From the IMG/VR virus record IMGVR_UViG_3300025133_000023: a stretch of 64,000 bases of DNA; one strand, given 5' to 3'. The stretch is from a virus. Position 1 is the stretch's first letter. Each line of letters opens with the position of its first letter. The position numbers were made by a program, and so were the translations under genes. This document shows positions 16,941 to 27,087 of the stretch, piece by piece. Under the pieces are notes generated by a model that was given only the letters and a program-made list of their open reading frames with translations, did no database searches and had not been told where the DNA came from.

Positions 16941-18804
16941 CAGATTCTCGCACCAACAATGAGTAGTCGGAAATGATTGGGGTATTTCGTGTGGTGAGCA
17001 AGTCAGTGGACCTAGCAATTACCTTTAGATACATCTTGCTATAGCTGACTACGTCTAGGTTTGGGAGATATTCGAATAGCAATCCATTGTCGCCTACCCG
17101 GACTGTTCTCAAATCATTAAGCCACACTGGTTCACCCGTAAGGGTTGGGTGTGCTGTAGCTACAGTATAACTGACCGTATAGCTACTAGCGGATAGGTAA
17201 TCATTTAGCCGCACATGTAATCTAATTGGAGGGCCAACAGGGGCTGTTGCTGGAGCTGGACCGTAGACATTACCACCATCAACACTAAAGTCATAATCAG
17301 TATCAAGGGTTAGTAGAGTGTGATCTCTATAGACTTGAACCGTTGAAAGCACTGGATAAAATCTAGTCTTGGCAAAGCCACTAGCATCTGCAACTAATAC
17401 TTCCTTTTCTATGGTTTTACTCGTGGGAAAGATAGGTATTGTTTCTACGTAGACAAGAGCGTCATCTTCATTATAGTTGTACTTGGAAAGCGTGAACTCG
17501 ATAGCATCCATCACAAGTCCAGTAGAGCTTTCACTTTGAACGATTGTGCTCTTGAGCGCAACCTCTGCTACGGCCTTATCTGTGGTGACTTCCCTTGAAA
17601 CGTAGACTCCCTTGTGTTCAAAGGTTGACAAGTCTACAGAAATGAAGTCAAACCCTATTGTATAAAGATAACCCTTCGAGTAAACCGTCTGAGGCCCACT
17701 ACCAAAAGAAACACCATAGGCGGTTGCCTGATCAATCAGATCAAAGATAGTAGTAGTCGTCTCAGGAGCATCAGCATAGGAGAAGTCAATCAATTCTGTA
17801 TAAGATTTCTGAGTGAACTGTAAGATAATCTCTCGAGTATCGATCTTTTCAAAATAGATAACAGCTCGCTCTAGAAGAGTAAACGAATCTGAAAGCAATG
17901 AATACCACAAGCCATCCGTAGACAAGTAAAGAATCTGAGCTAGATCAAACTGTGTATCGGTGTAGGGGACTAAAGTTAGTGAATTAATTGAGCGATATCC
18001 ACCCAGGTCTAGCCTAAGAGAAAGCTTAGCTCCATCTACTGGTGGACTGATTGGGTTTTGGAAAGCATCTTCATCTAGGCGAAGGATAGACCTTACCCAA
18101 TAAAGCCCATCTCCTTCTGCCGTGATATTAAACAGGGAGTTATCATCAGGGTCAACATTAAGATCACTAGGGGTTGAGTCTGCCCCTTCGTAAAGCTGAA
18201 TCCCTACAATGGTTGAGTTAGTTTTACTTAAGGTCGGTAGAGCTAGGCCTTCCTGATGGACATCAATTAGCAAATCATAGCTAGGCCCGAGCGGAGATCC
18301 CTTACGGGAATCATAATAGAGATCACTAGCTACAGGATGCGCACGACTAAGTCCCGTAGCTCCAAGCATGTTGAAGCTGTTAACGATAGCCAGGTTATAA
18401 TTACTCTCGTCAGCAAGCAATTCAAGCGTCGAGATATTAGAGTCAAGAGCAGAGAGAGCGTTCCTTACATCAATGATATGCTCTTCCATTAGGTCACGAT
18501 GACCAAGGACAGCATCCTGCAAAGCATCAAGCTCAGTAAAGACAGTCTGCATGTCAAGACGCATCATGCGAATTTCATGATTGAGCCGACCGTTGTCTAC
18601 AAGCTCACCCCCCAACACATAAAAGAAAGTAAAGAGAGGAGCATTAATTGCTTGAAGCTCAGCGCTAAGCCGAGTCAAGTCATCGAGGAAGGCTTGCTGA
18701 GTAGCATACTTCCCACCATCTTCTCCTTCCTTTAATAGCTGAGCAACCTGAGCCCTTTGAGAGGCACTCATCGTTGAAGCAAATCGTGAGATAATCTTAG
18801 CCAT
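16930..18804 (-). CDS. Baseplate/fibre-associated structural protein (paralogue 3 of 3)
   Basis: Helical N-terminus, LRLDLGGYRSINSLTLVPY, C-terminal LKVIARS...TPIISDYSLL. Confidence 0.6.
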   Translation of the reverse strand: MAKIISRFASTMSASQRAQVAQLLKEGEDGGKYATQQAFLDDLTRLSAELQAINAPLFTFFYVLGGELVDNGRLNHEIRMMRLDMQTVFTELDALQDAVLGHRDLMEEHIIDVRNALSALDSNISTLELLADESNYNLAIVNSFNMLGATGLSRAHPVASDLYYDSRKGSPLGPSYDLLIDVHQEGLALPTLSKTNSTIVGIQLYEGADSTPSDLNVDPDDNSLFNITAEGDGLYWVRSILRLDEDAFQNPISPPVDGAKLSLRLDLGGYRSINSLTLVPYTDTQFDLAQILYLSTDGLWYSLLSDSFTLLERAVIYFEKIDTREIILQFTQKSYTELIDFSYADAPETTTTIFDLIDQATAYGVSFGSGPQTVYSKGYLYTIGFDFISVDLSTFEHKGVYVSREVTTDKAVAEVALKSTIVQSESSTGLVMDAIEFTLSKYNYNEDDALVYVETIPIFPTSKTIEKEVLVADASGFAKTRFYPVLSTVQVYRDHTLLTLDTDYDFSVDGGNVYGPAPATAPVGPPIRLHVRLNDYLSASSYTVSYTVATAHPTLTGEPVWLNDLRTVRVGDNGLLFEYLPNLDVVSYSKMYLKVIARSTDLLTTRNTPIISDYSLLVRESDAI

Positions 18805-19271
18805 TATGAATCTTCTTGCTGGTAGTCGAGCTCCAATTCAAAGAATAGTCTCCGAGCAACCACTGCAGCTGGAACCACTACTTGAATAGAAATAGTAACA
18901 CTCGCTCCAGGCTCAACCTGATTACTGTCATCTCCAGTACCCACCGACAGAGCCACTGGAGTGGCCGCTGTGCCCATATTATAAGTACACTGAGTAGTGG
19001 CTACCCCCTGGACAATAAAGGCTCCCTCAGTGGGGTCTGCTTGTCCCCAGCCTAGGATGTCATACCAGTCAATAGTCTTCCCCAATGAGCTTGGGAAGTC
19101 CTTCTCTCCTTCGGTGACCGCCTCCTTAATATAGAAGCCAACGCTTGTAGCCTTCTTGTCAATAGAGGTGTTAGTAATAGTGAACTGATACAGGGTAGAT
19201 CCCAGTACTGCATATGGCTCATCGATAAGACTGCCATCAGATGTAAGCTCAACGCTCCATGTCACTGCCAT
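18804..19271 (-). CDS. Small beta-rich virion structural protein
   Basis: Translationally coupled within the structural block; beta-strand pattern; no specific family recognised. Confidence 0.55.
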   Translation of the reverse strand: MAVTWSVELTSDGSLIDEPYAVLGSTLYQFTITNTSIDKKATSVGFYIKEAVTEGEKDFPSSLGKTIDWYDILGWGQADPTEGAFIVQGVATTQCTYNMGTAATPVALSVGTGDDSNQVEPGASVTISIQVVVPAAVVARRLFFELELDYQQEDS

Positions 19272-21367
19272 TAGTAAATCCTAATTCCCTGAATGCCACT
19301 CTTAGGCCCTTCGATGCTAGAAGGGCTAAGGGCTGTAATGTAGTAATAGTAGACAGCGCCAACAACAAGGCCCTGGTCAAGGTATTCGTTACACGCCCCA
19401 CTACCATCTCCTGCCACAGTAGCTATAAGGTTATAAACCCCATTAATACTGTTGCTGCGATAGATTTTGAATTGATAGGATGGGTCTTCTCTATACCAAG
19501 TAAGCCGAGCTTCTGCCGGATTGTCATTGTATAAGCCTCGGTATTCTTTCGATAGAGGATGATAATCTGCACCACCACAACCCCATTCAGGGATGACTCC
19601 ATCGAATCTAATGATAGCATATTCACCTGCGCTCATATGCTTTTGAACCAAGTCTCTAATCTGCTGCATTGTAAACTCTCCACCATAGTCTAGGTGAAGG
19701 GTATAGGGCACCTTAACAACAAGAGCACCATACCTTGGCCAAGGATATCCACCAGCAGGAGCAACGCCTGGAATGTAGGCGACTCTTGGCTGTGCCAAGA
19801 TTGCATTGTCTTCCCAAGCAATGTTAATCCCACCACCCGGCACTCTCACATCCAGCTCTAGATCTGCTGCACCAATAGAGCAAGTAACAAAGATCTCTGC
19901 AAGGGTAAGGTATTCGGCAGGAAGACTTACACTACCTGAAGCCCCATCATTTATGTATAGAGATCCAATGATGTTGTCTGGATTGTAATCACCATTATCA
20001 TCAACCTCTGCGAACTCAGGCTGACTTGCGAAAACAATAACATTATCTTCCACTAGAAGATACCAAATAGAGTGATTACCATCGGGCTGATCGGGCTGTA
20101 GGTAGATAACGATCTGCTTGCCCAGCACTGCTGGATTGAGGAAAGGATTGAGGTTCAGGTCCTTAAACTCATAAGCAACAGCCTTATAGTTATAGTAGGC
20201 AAGGATCTTAAACTTGTCGGCAATGAGGTTTTCGCTTAGCCGGACAATCCCACCTGGTTCATCGTAGTCAAGAATCTTATCTGTAAAGTCAATATCGGTA
20301 GTGCTGAACTTTGTTCCAATGCGAGCGGGGTCTGTAGTGAAAGCAAACTTTGCATCTCCTGTTGTTTTCTCTACAAGAATAATATCCAAGTGAGTATAGG
20401 AAACACTATCAACATAAAGGTTCTCTCTTTGGAGTTTAATCAAAGCAGGAGACATCTTTATTGCTGTCTCTGCAATGGCCTTTAAATATGGCTTTACTGG
20501 AGTGAAATCAAGATTGTCAAACTCACTAACAGAGTAGGTGTGAGGAACACCATCAATGGTTGCAGTAAAGAAGCCATCAGTAATAGAGATGTACCACGGA
20601 TCAGAGATACTAGTTAGCGTAGGAGGAAGCACAGCAATCTGACTTTCTCTCTTTTCCTTCATGTAATAGGTAGCGAAGTGCGGCATACTAAGAACGAGAT
20701 TAGGTTCAGTTCCCGTCACCCAATAGGCAGGAGCATCAGAATAGATAAGCCCAGTGTCTGGGTCAATGTCATCAATCGTCACTTCACGATAGGCATCCTC
20801 AGAGTTAAGGATTTCTTCATGGCTTGTCCCGTCTGCCTCTATCCACTGGACATAGTAAACCGTGTAGCGTCCAGTATCCTCATCGAAACTATTCTTAAGG
20901 TCTGTGTATAGATCACGTCCACCTGGGGAGAGGATAAAATGAATAGGGTCTACTACCGTTAAGGCTCCATCCCACTGAATAGCTTGGATACTAATTCCAT
21001 TAGGCGGAACCACCATTGGTAATCTATGCCTGTAGAACAAGGGGATCTTAAGTCCAGCATTGTCTGTGGAAGCCTGATCTGTAATAAGAACATTAAGCGT
21101 AGCTACATCAAGGATTGATCCTGCCTCAACTGTAATTCCATCATCAAATACCAAAGAAGCATTCTCTGGAATAGATGCGCTTAAGTCTGTGATGTTCAAC
21201 ACATCCAAAGCATTCACTACGGGCCAGCCCAGAAACTCTACGCCCACACCAGTATGAGGCACGCGAGTGCTGTAGCGAATATAGTCAAGTCGCTTTTGAA
21301 CAACCTGTAGCATCCCCATTGAGTCTGTATAGGATAAGCCTGTATGAAGTAGCTCCAGTGTGAGCAT
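19271..21367 (-). CDS. Virion structural protein with C-terminal fibronectin type III domain
   Basis: ARLTW...FKIYRSNSINGVYNLIAT...YLDQGLVVGAVYYYYITAL...EGPKS is an FN3 signature. Confidence 0.7.
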   Translation of the reverse strand: MLTLELLHTGLSYTDSMGMLQVVQKRLDYIRYSTRVPHTGVGVEFLGWPVVNALDVLNITDLSASIPENASLVFDDGITVEAGSILDVATLNVLITDQASTDNAGLKIPLFYRHRLPMVVPPNGISIQAIQWDGALTVVDPIHFILSPGGRDLYTDLKNSFDEDTGRYTVYYVQWIEADGTSHEEILNSEDAYREVTIDDIDPDTGLIYSDAPAYWVTGTEPNLVLSMPHFATYYMKEKRESQIAVLPPTLTSISDPWYISITDGFFTATIDGVPHTYSVSEFDNLDFTPVKPYLKAIAETAIKMSPALIKLQRENLYVDSVSYTHLDIILVEKTTGDAKFAFTTDPARIGTKFSTTDIDFTDKILDYDEPGGIVRLSENLIADKFKILAYYNYKAVAYEFKDLNLNPFLNPAVLGKQIVIYLQPDQPDGNHSIWYLLVEDNVIVFASQPEFAEVDDNGDYNPDNIIGSLYINDGASGSVSLPAEYLTLAEIFVTCSIGAADLELDVRVPGGGINIAWEDNAILAQPRVAYIPGVAPAGGYPWPRYGALVVKVPYTLHLDYGGEFTMQQIRDLVQKHMSAGEYAIIRFDGVIPEWGCGGADYHPLSKEYRGLYNDNPAEARLTWYREDPSYQFKIYRSNSINGVYNLIATVAGDGSGACNEYLDQGLVVGAVYYYYITALSPSSIEGPKSGIQGIRIY

Positions 21368-23235
21368 TAGCCGCCTCGGGTGATAAAGGTGTGGTTGAAG
21401 TTGACTTTGATAGCGTATAGCGTGAAGAAGGACGCGCCACTAGTCCATTCTGGATAGATTCTCAGGTAAATACGATTGTCGGACTTGTCGATAGTCTGAA
21501 CAATATCAAAGCTGGTGGTGTGTGAGCCGTCGGCATCGCCCATTGAGTCGTCATCATCCATGAGTACTTCACCAGCTTGTGTCCATGGGTCGTGATATAG
21601 ATCGACATTAACAACTCGGCTACCGCTTGCTGCTGATTCCCACCTGTATCTCATCTCAACACTGGTGATTGATGAACCCTGAGGAAGGTGTGCTCCTAGG
21701 TCAAGAATGAGTTTCTCGTCAGTCAGACTAAACTTAACCCCGGGCTGAGTGCCGGCCGTCTCTGCATACACAATGCTTGCGCCGCTAAGCCAGGTGGCTC
21801 CGTTCCAAGGCATAATGACAACACTGTCTGATCTCGCCGGGTCCCAACCGAAGTTGGTAGAGGCATCATCGAGGATGAGGTCCTTCCTATATACAGCGAG
21901 TGAGTCAGATGAGTTGTGATACCGCACGAACGGCCCAGACGAATAGTCACCAAAGAAGATGCCCATGCTGTCATCACCAACACCAAAGGTTGGTGGATTG
22001 GTGACTCCTGCATTCTTCCCGCTAGCCATGAGGAGGTCCCCAAGCATGGCGTTTTCTGAGTGGGAATCATCTCTTCCCCATCGCCCCAGATACTGAGGGT
22101 GGTCGTTGGTCCAGTCTTGAGAGTCGTCGTCGAAGAAGCTATAGCTATCTCCACCACCGTTGCCAGCTACATGGCCTGTAGCTGACTCACTAAGATTCGC
22201 ATGCGGAATACGCATGTCCATATTGGTTCCATCGTGCTGGTGTTCTCTATGATTAGCCCTAAGTGCATCCACGGTTCTGGTTAAATCAGTACCCCCAGCA
22301 AGGATAAGACTATATCTAACATTACCTGCAATCAAATCTTCACCAACATATTCAACCACTGTAGCTGAAGTAAACTTAAAGCTACCAGGAACAAGTCTAC
22401 TCTCTACTTCATCCCAAAGGCCTAGCAATCCATCAGCAATAATGTCTGTTGCTGCATACTCAGCAGTTAGCCAAGCTGGCAAGAAGAGCTGAACATTATG
22501 GTTAATATCATTCTGTGCAGTAAGGGCACTTGATGTATTTCCCCAGTCTGCTTGCTGATGAGTCAATACTGGAAGCGTGATTATCCCACCTGTGGTGGTA
22601 GTTGAAACGCTACACTTAATAGACTGTTGAGGTCCTGGATAAACATTAAAGTTGGCACCATAATAGGTGTCAGCCATGTTTGTCCCAGATGTATCTGCAA
22701 CATAATCAACAGTCCCATTGGAGCCACTACCATCCCAAACAACAACCAAGCCTGTGAGCGGCTCAAAGTGATAGTCACCATAGGCTGCCACAAGAGCTCT
22801 AGTTGCTCGATAATTAGCAAACTTGCTTGCAGACAGAGAAAAAGTAAGCAGACCATCTGGAATAAATCTTAAGTAAAATTCATTCGCATCACTAGGCAAA
22901 GGCTCAGCTGTAATTGATGCAGTAACTCCACTTAGAATCCTTGGATTAAGCGCTGCCGCAGGTCCCACCAACCTAGCTAGATTTAGAATCTGAAGATGTA
23001 GGTCTGTGGTACTTAGTAGGGTTCCACCCTTACCATAGGCCCATCCAGATATAGGAGTATTAGTACTCGTGAAAAGTGGATGGAAGTCTGCATGCATATC
23101 TCCAAGTGCAGCTTCTAATTGGTTAAGAGCAGCATTAGTCTGGGCTGCCCAAGCCGTAAGCTTAGCAGCGGAAGGCTGCTCTCCGCTTACGAAGGAAATC
23201 GGCACTGGGAAGGTATCTTTAAATTTGTCTGGCAT
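21367..23235 (-). CDS. Tail fibre/baseplate-associated structural protein
   Basis: N-terminal FVSGEQPSAAKL, HQHDG and HPQY motifs typical of phage fibres, beta-sandwich-like C-terminus. Confidence 0.6.
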   Translation of the reverse strand: MPDKFKDTFPVPISFVSGEQPSAAKLTAWAAQTNAALNQLEAALGDMHADFHPLFTSTNTPISGWAYGKGGTLLSTTDLHLQILNLARLVGPAAALNPRILSGVTASITAEPLPSDANEFYLRFIPDGLLTFSLSASKFANYRATRALVAAYGDYHFEPLTGLVVVWDGSGSNGTVDYVADTSGTNMADTYYGANFNVYPGPQQSIKCSVSTTTTGGIITLPVLTHQQADWGNTSSALTAQNDINHNVQLFLPAWLTAEYAATDIIADGLLGLWDEVESRLVPGSFKFTSATVVEYVGEDLIAGNVRYSLILAGGTDLTRTVDALRANHREHQHDGTNMDMRIPHANLSESATGHVAGNGGGDSYSFFDDDSQDWTNDHPQYLGRWGRDDSHSENAMLGDLLMASGKNAGVTNPPTFGVGDDSMGIFFGDYSSGPFVRYHNSSDSLAVYRKDLILDDASTNFGWDPARSDSVVIMPWNGATWLSGASIVYAETAGTQPGVKFSLTDEKLILDLGAHLPQGSSITSVEMRYRWESAASGSRVVNVDLYHDPWTQAGEVLMDDDDSMGDADGSHTTSFDIVQTIDKSDNRIYLRIYPEWTSGASFFTLYAIKVNFNHTFITRGG

Positions 23236-23244
23236 TACAAAACC

Positions 23245-26007
23245 TTATGGGGCACTAAGCAGGAATGATATGGAAGCAAATGGGTTGCTCAGTGCTAGGT
23301 AGCTTCCACTAATGGGGTTGATTGTGACGAAGGTACTTCCGCCAAGACCCGACGAGGCACTTGAAGAACTGTCAATGAACTTAAAGCCATATGGAATCTG
23401 GGAACTGTTTTCAAGCGCTACGCCTTTTAGATAATCAGGCAGGCTAACTCGTACTCGAACGATGTTCGAGAATACACGTTTTCCCGTAAGGATACTATCA
23501 GCAAAGGCCTGGAAGGACAACTCTGCATCCAGTGAGAGCCAATAAGCTCCTAGATTATTCGCGTCTACTGTTGCGCTTGGAATTGGAAGGATGAAATCAA
23601 AGACAAAGGTTGTCTTCCCTGCGGTAATCGAAGAAGAGATTGGCTGAACAGGGAAGTAGGCCCCAAGCTCACTGGTGGCTGGATGAACAGCCGTAGGATC
23701 GTATTCATAGATAACCTTCTTCTTGCCGTTAAGGTCAGCCTCTATCCAAGCAGTCCAACTACTGTCCATTAGCTTAACATAATCAGGGGCACCACCAAGG
23801 GTAAGTTCCTGATCTATATGAGCAACTCCGTCACGCCAATAGATAATATTAGCAAGATATTCAGTCCCCAAAGTATCAACGACTGTAATCGTTCCACCAT
23901 CAAAGGTTCCGTCAGGGTATCTTGTCTTTACTGGAAGACTGCTTACTGTAGAAGGATTAGAAGCATCTGTAATAACGTTTCCGACATAGAGCTTAGCCGC
24001 AGCTAGAGGAAAGGCGCTTCCTGACGCATAGCCGGTAGCATTTCCCCATATGCCAACAGTCCCGATTGAAGGGTCATCCTTAGTTACAGCGAAAAGTAGA
24101 ATCTCAGCAAGGTCTGGAGTTAAGATTTCTCTATCTACTGTGATAAGTGTTTGTCCTCCAGCAACAACTGTTGTTTCAGCATACATTCCAACAAGATCAA
24201 GGTCGGTCCCAATAGTAAAGGGGGCCGAGATCTCTCCATCTTGATTAGAGATAGAGGTGTAGTCTGCTGGGCTTCCATTAAGCAAGCCAATAAAGGGGTC
24301 GTTAAGTTCATCGATTGTAATCGTTAGCCCCGGAATAGGAGTTCCCAAGGCGGTAAACGCTGTTGCTGTAAGGATAGCGCTATCGCTTCCCACAGCTAAT
24401 GGACCATATAGTCCACCACCAAGGCTAGGCTTGTCGATTGATAGAATGAGTTCATCTACTTCAAGAGGGTTTCTTCCAATATAGACAATGCCATTAGAAG
24501 ATGGGTTGAGGAGAGGGTGTACGTTTGTTGTGTCGGCAATAATCCAGTCAACAAAGTCAAGAGGCTCATACTCAATTCGTGGTACAGCTACATAGCTAAT
24601 AGCAACAGTTTCTCCAACGGAGACAGCCCTACCACACTGGACAGGGGTGATAGAGGCTCCCTTTGCATGAGCTGCTGCAGTCGTTCCATTGACTCCTCTG
24701 ATTAACCCACCTAGGACATTGTTTTCTTTGGAGGTGTACTGAATCTCTTCTGTTCCTAGCTTAACTCGTCCACTAGCTGGGAGGAGCGTAGCATCATCTA
24801 CAAGAAGACTAGAGCTCGTAGGGCTAACAGCCTCATCAAGGAAGAGAACCGCATCAACAGAGTTCCGAGCAAATTTAATGATTCCATAGTCATAGTCTAC
24901 TTCAAAAACATACTCAGTATCTGAATGATTGGATAGGCTGTTGTCCGTTGCGAGAGTCCACTTCCTTGCTGTGGTTCCGTCATTAGTTATTACTTGAGGA
25001 ACCTCTACGATGCCCGTAGGCAACATACTATCAACGGTCCAAGCCCAAAGAGGGAAGTATCTTGTGAAGAAAGCTTGGTTATCAGTATCACTACCAACTC
25101 CTAACTGCTCCATACAGGTATTAACTCTCTGAAGAGCGATCGTATCTGTTGAAGGGAAGAGTGAGCCATTGCCAAGCTCCCACACATTTAGCTCTCCCAC
25201 AATCAAGTACATAGCACTGCTAAGGTAAGCCTCAGGGCTTCCTACATCCTCACGATAAAGAATCTCAAAGTTGTTGAAGCGCTCAATAGCACTATCGTCA
25301 AAGGGAGGAGTTAATAGTCCATCTCCTTCTCTCTCCCTAGTAGACAAATCAGCAATGCCAGTGAACTCGTCAACGTAGTCTGCATGCCAAAAGGCCTCTG
25401 CAGTCAGGTCTTCTGCCCGACGGAAGATAGTCGCATGCATGGGGGTATTGGGCTTTTTTCTATAGCTTAGAGGAACATTGGTATACTTATCAGTAGCGCC
25501 CCCGACGAAGGGGGTAGAGTTAACATAGGGAACGATAATGCTCTCTTCACTCCACAGATAATAGTCCTTCCAGTTAATGAAGTAATCACCATGGAGTACA
25601 CGTGGGAGCCACGTACATGGATATTTGGCATAGAGGTCAAGATACTTACAGTCATCTCCTCCGCCAATTCCAGAGAGCCAATGCTGGTCTAGGGTTCCTT
25701 CAACCGCAGATAGCTTTCCGTTAAAGAGGCGGCTAGCCTGTCCCGTAGTGATATCATCTTCATCCTCCCACCGTCTGCGGTCATGCATGAAGCCTTCGAT
25801 ATCATGGTCTGTTTGCTCAAGCCTAGCGGCCCTTGTTCCCACAATAGGTAGCTGATCATTGGTCTCGTATACTTCTTGCTGCAAGGGAAGAGTAAGAACA
25901 ACGATACGGTTGTTGAGCAGGGTAGGGGACGCACCCTGGGTTACAGAGATATTGAAATCTCCAGTAACGAGAAGGTTTGTTCCAAAGCCATGGATAACTA
26001 ATTGCAT
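23245..26007 (-). CDS. Large baseplate/tail structural protein
   Basis: 920 aa, acidic; VDYDYGIIKF and RGVNGTTAAAHAKG motifs seen in phage tail proteins. Confidence 0.6.
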   Translation of the reverse strand: MQLVIHGFGTNLLVTGDFNISVTQGASPTLLNNRIVVLTLPLQQEVYETNDQLPIVGTRAARLEQTDHDIEGFMHDRRRWEDEDDITTGQASRLFNGKLSAVEGTLDQHWLSGIGGGDDCKYLDLYAKYPCTWLPRVLHGDYFINWKDYYLWSEESIIVPYVNSTPFVGGATDKYTNVPLSYRKKPNTPMHATIFRRAEDLTAEAFWHADYVDEFTGIADLSTREREGDGLLTPPFDDSAIERFNNFEILYREDVGSPEAYLSSAMYLIVGELNVWELGNGSLFPSTDTIALQRVNTCMEQLGVGSDTDNQAFFTRYFPLWAWTVDSMLPTGIVEVPQVITNDGTTARKWTLATDNSLSNHSDTEYVFEVDYDYGIIKFARNSVDAVLFLDEAVSPTSSSLLVDDATLLPASGRVKLGTEEIQYTSKENNVLGGLIRGVNGTTAAAHAKGASITPVQCGRAVSVGETVAISYVAVPRIEYEPLDFVDWIIADTTNVHPLLNPSSNGIVYIGRNPLEVDELILSIDKPSLGGGLYGPLAVGSDSAILTATAFTALGTPIPGLTITIDELNDPFIGLLNGSPADYTSISNQDGEISAPFTIGTDLDLVGMYAETTVVAGGQTLITVDREILTPDLAEILLFAVTKDDPSIGTVGIWGNATGYASGSAFPLAAAKLYVGNVITDASNPSTVSSLPVKTRYPDGTFDGGTITVVDTLGTEYLANIIYWRDGVAHIDQELTLGGAPDYVKLMDSSWTAWIEADLNGKKKVIYEYDPTAVHPATSELGAYFPVQPISSSITAGKTTFVFDFILPIPSATVDANNLGAYWLSLDAELSFQAFADSILTGKRVFSNIVRVRVSLPDYLKGVALENSSQIPYGFKFIDSSSSASSGLGGSTFVTINPISGSYLALSNPFASISFLLSAP

Positions 26008-26120
26008 CGGCGTTCCTCGTAATGGCGCTCTTCACATAAGGTGAGCCCGTTTGAAATCTCATATCTCAAACTTTCGCTGTCAACCCATCGAACGTAGCGT
26101 TTTTCTATACAACCAGTTAA
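25998..26120 (-). pseudogene. HNH endonuclease C-terminal remnant
   Basis: Hand translation: LTGCIEKRYVRWVDSESLRYEISNGLTLCEERHYEERRCN*, matching the W...LRY(D/E)xxNGxTLCxxCH signature. No start codon, catalytic His region missing, last Cys replaced by Arg. Confidence 0.72.
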
Positions 26121-26124
26121 ATCT

Positions 26125-27087
26125 TTATTCACCATAATACATCGGGACCACACTCAAAAGTTCGTTGGCATAGTCTGCGCCAGTAACGCTAAGGATTCCG
26201 TCTTGGTTGTCCCCAAATACATCTAGGTTCTGTTCTGTAAGGATGTCCATTGTGTCTGGATCGGTTAAGGTGTTTATTTCAACTGTGCTCATTGGGATGA
26301 TTAAAGGAAAGACAGAGAAGAGAATGTCTATTGTACCAACCATTGGTGGAGTTAGCGTATGAATAGTTCTTCCAAAATCAGGAACTGCAAAGTCTCCACA
26401 TCCCTCTAGATCTTCAATATTGTCGACCTCTTCAGTGACTCCAGAGTCGCGAGAGAATACTGCACTAGTGATCCAATTACTATCTGTCATTTGAGTATAG
26501 AAGGTTTGGAGATTGGTTCCATTAACAGGAACACCGTGCAGAGAGCGGACTGAAGAAATCTTCTTGAGGTATTCTGACTTATCGAAACTTAATGCTGTTC
26601 CCCAGCTAATAGCTTCTAGCCCTGGAATAGCATTCAGTGCAATGAGCAAATCAATTAGGAAGTAGGAGTCTGTTCTTCCCCATGTAGCAATATAGTCGAA
26701 CTCTGGAGTCTCCCATCTCTCGTCAGGCCATCCATCCCATGTTGTTTGGAAGTCTAGTCCCGAAGCTGACATTACTGAGTTAGCAAGAATGCCTCGCTCA
26801 TCCACACTAAGGGCAAACCTATCGCTTACAATAGGAACACCATCCACTCTCTCTACATCAATAATGATTCCACCAGTGTAGGCAGCTTGCCCAAGCTCTC
26901 GACTAATTCCGTTATACAATCCTCCATAGGAAGCATTTGCTGGATGGATATAGTTATCAAGAACACGAAGCTTAAAGGCTTTAAGGCTCTCGTTAGGGAG
27001 TCGATGAAGGTTGATGAGCTGCCCAATCCTATCGAGAGGAGTAGTTACATTAACCTTCTGTGTTGTCTGATTAGTAGCTGAAGACAT
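26125..27087 (-). CDS. Baseplate wedge protein (P2 gpI-like N-terminus)
   Basis: PLDRIGQLINLHRLPNESLKAFKLRV fits the LD.iG....R...E....r.R pattern; located downstream of the J-like gene. Confidence 0.55.
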   Translation of the reverse strand: MSSATNQTTQKVNVTTPLDRIGQLINLHRLPNESLKAFKLRVLDNYIHPANASYGGLYNGISRELGQAAYTGGIIIDVERVDGVPIVSDRFALSVDERGILANSVMSASGLDFQTTWDGWPDERWETPEFDYIATWGRTDSYFLIDLLIALNAIPGLEAISWGTALSFDKSEYLKKISSVRSLHGVPVNGTNLQTFYTQMTDSNWITSAVFSRDSGVTEEVDNIEDLEGCGDFAVPDFGRTIHTLTPPMVGTIDILFSVFPLIIPMSTVEINTLTDPDTMDILTEQNLDVFGDNQDGILSVTGADYANELLSVVPMYYGE

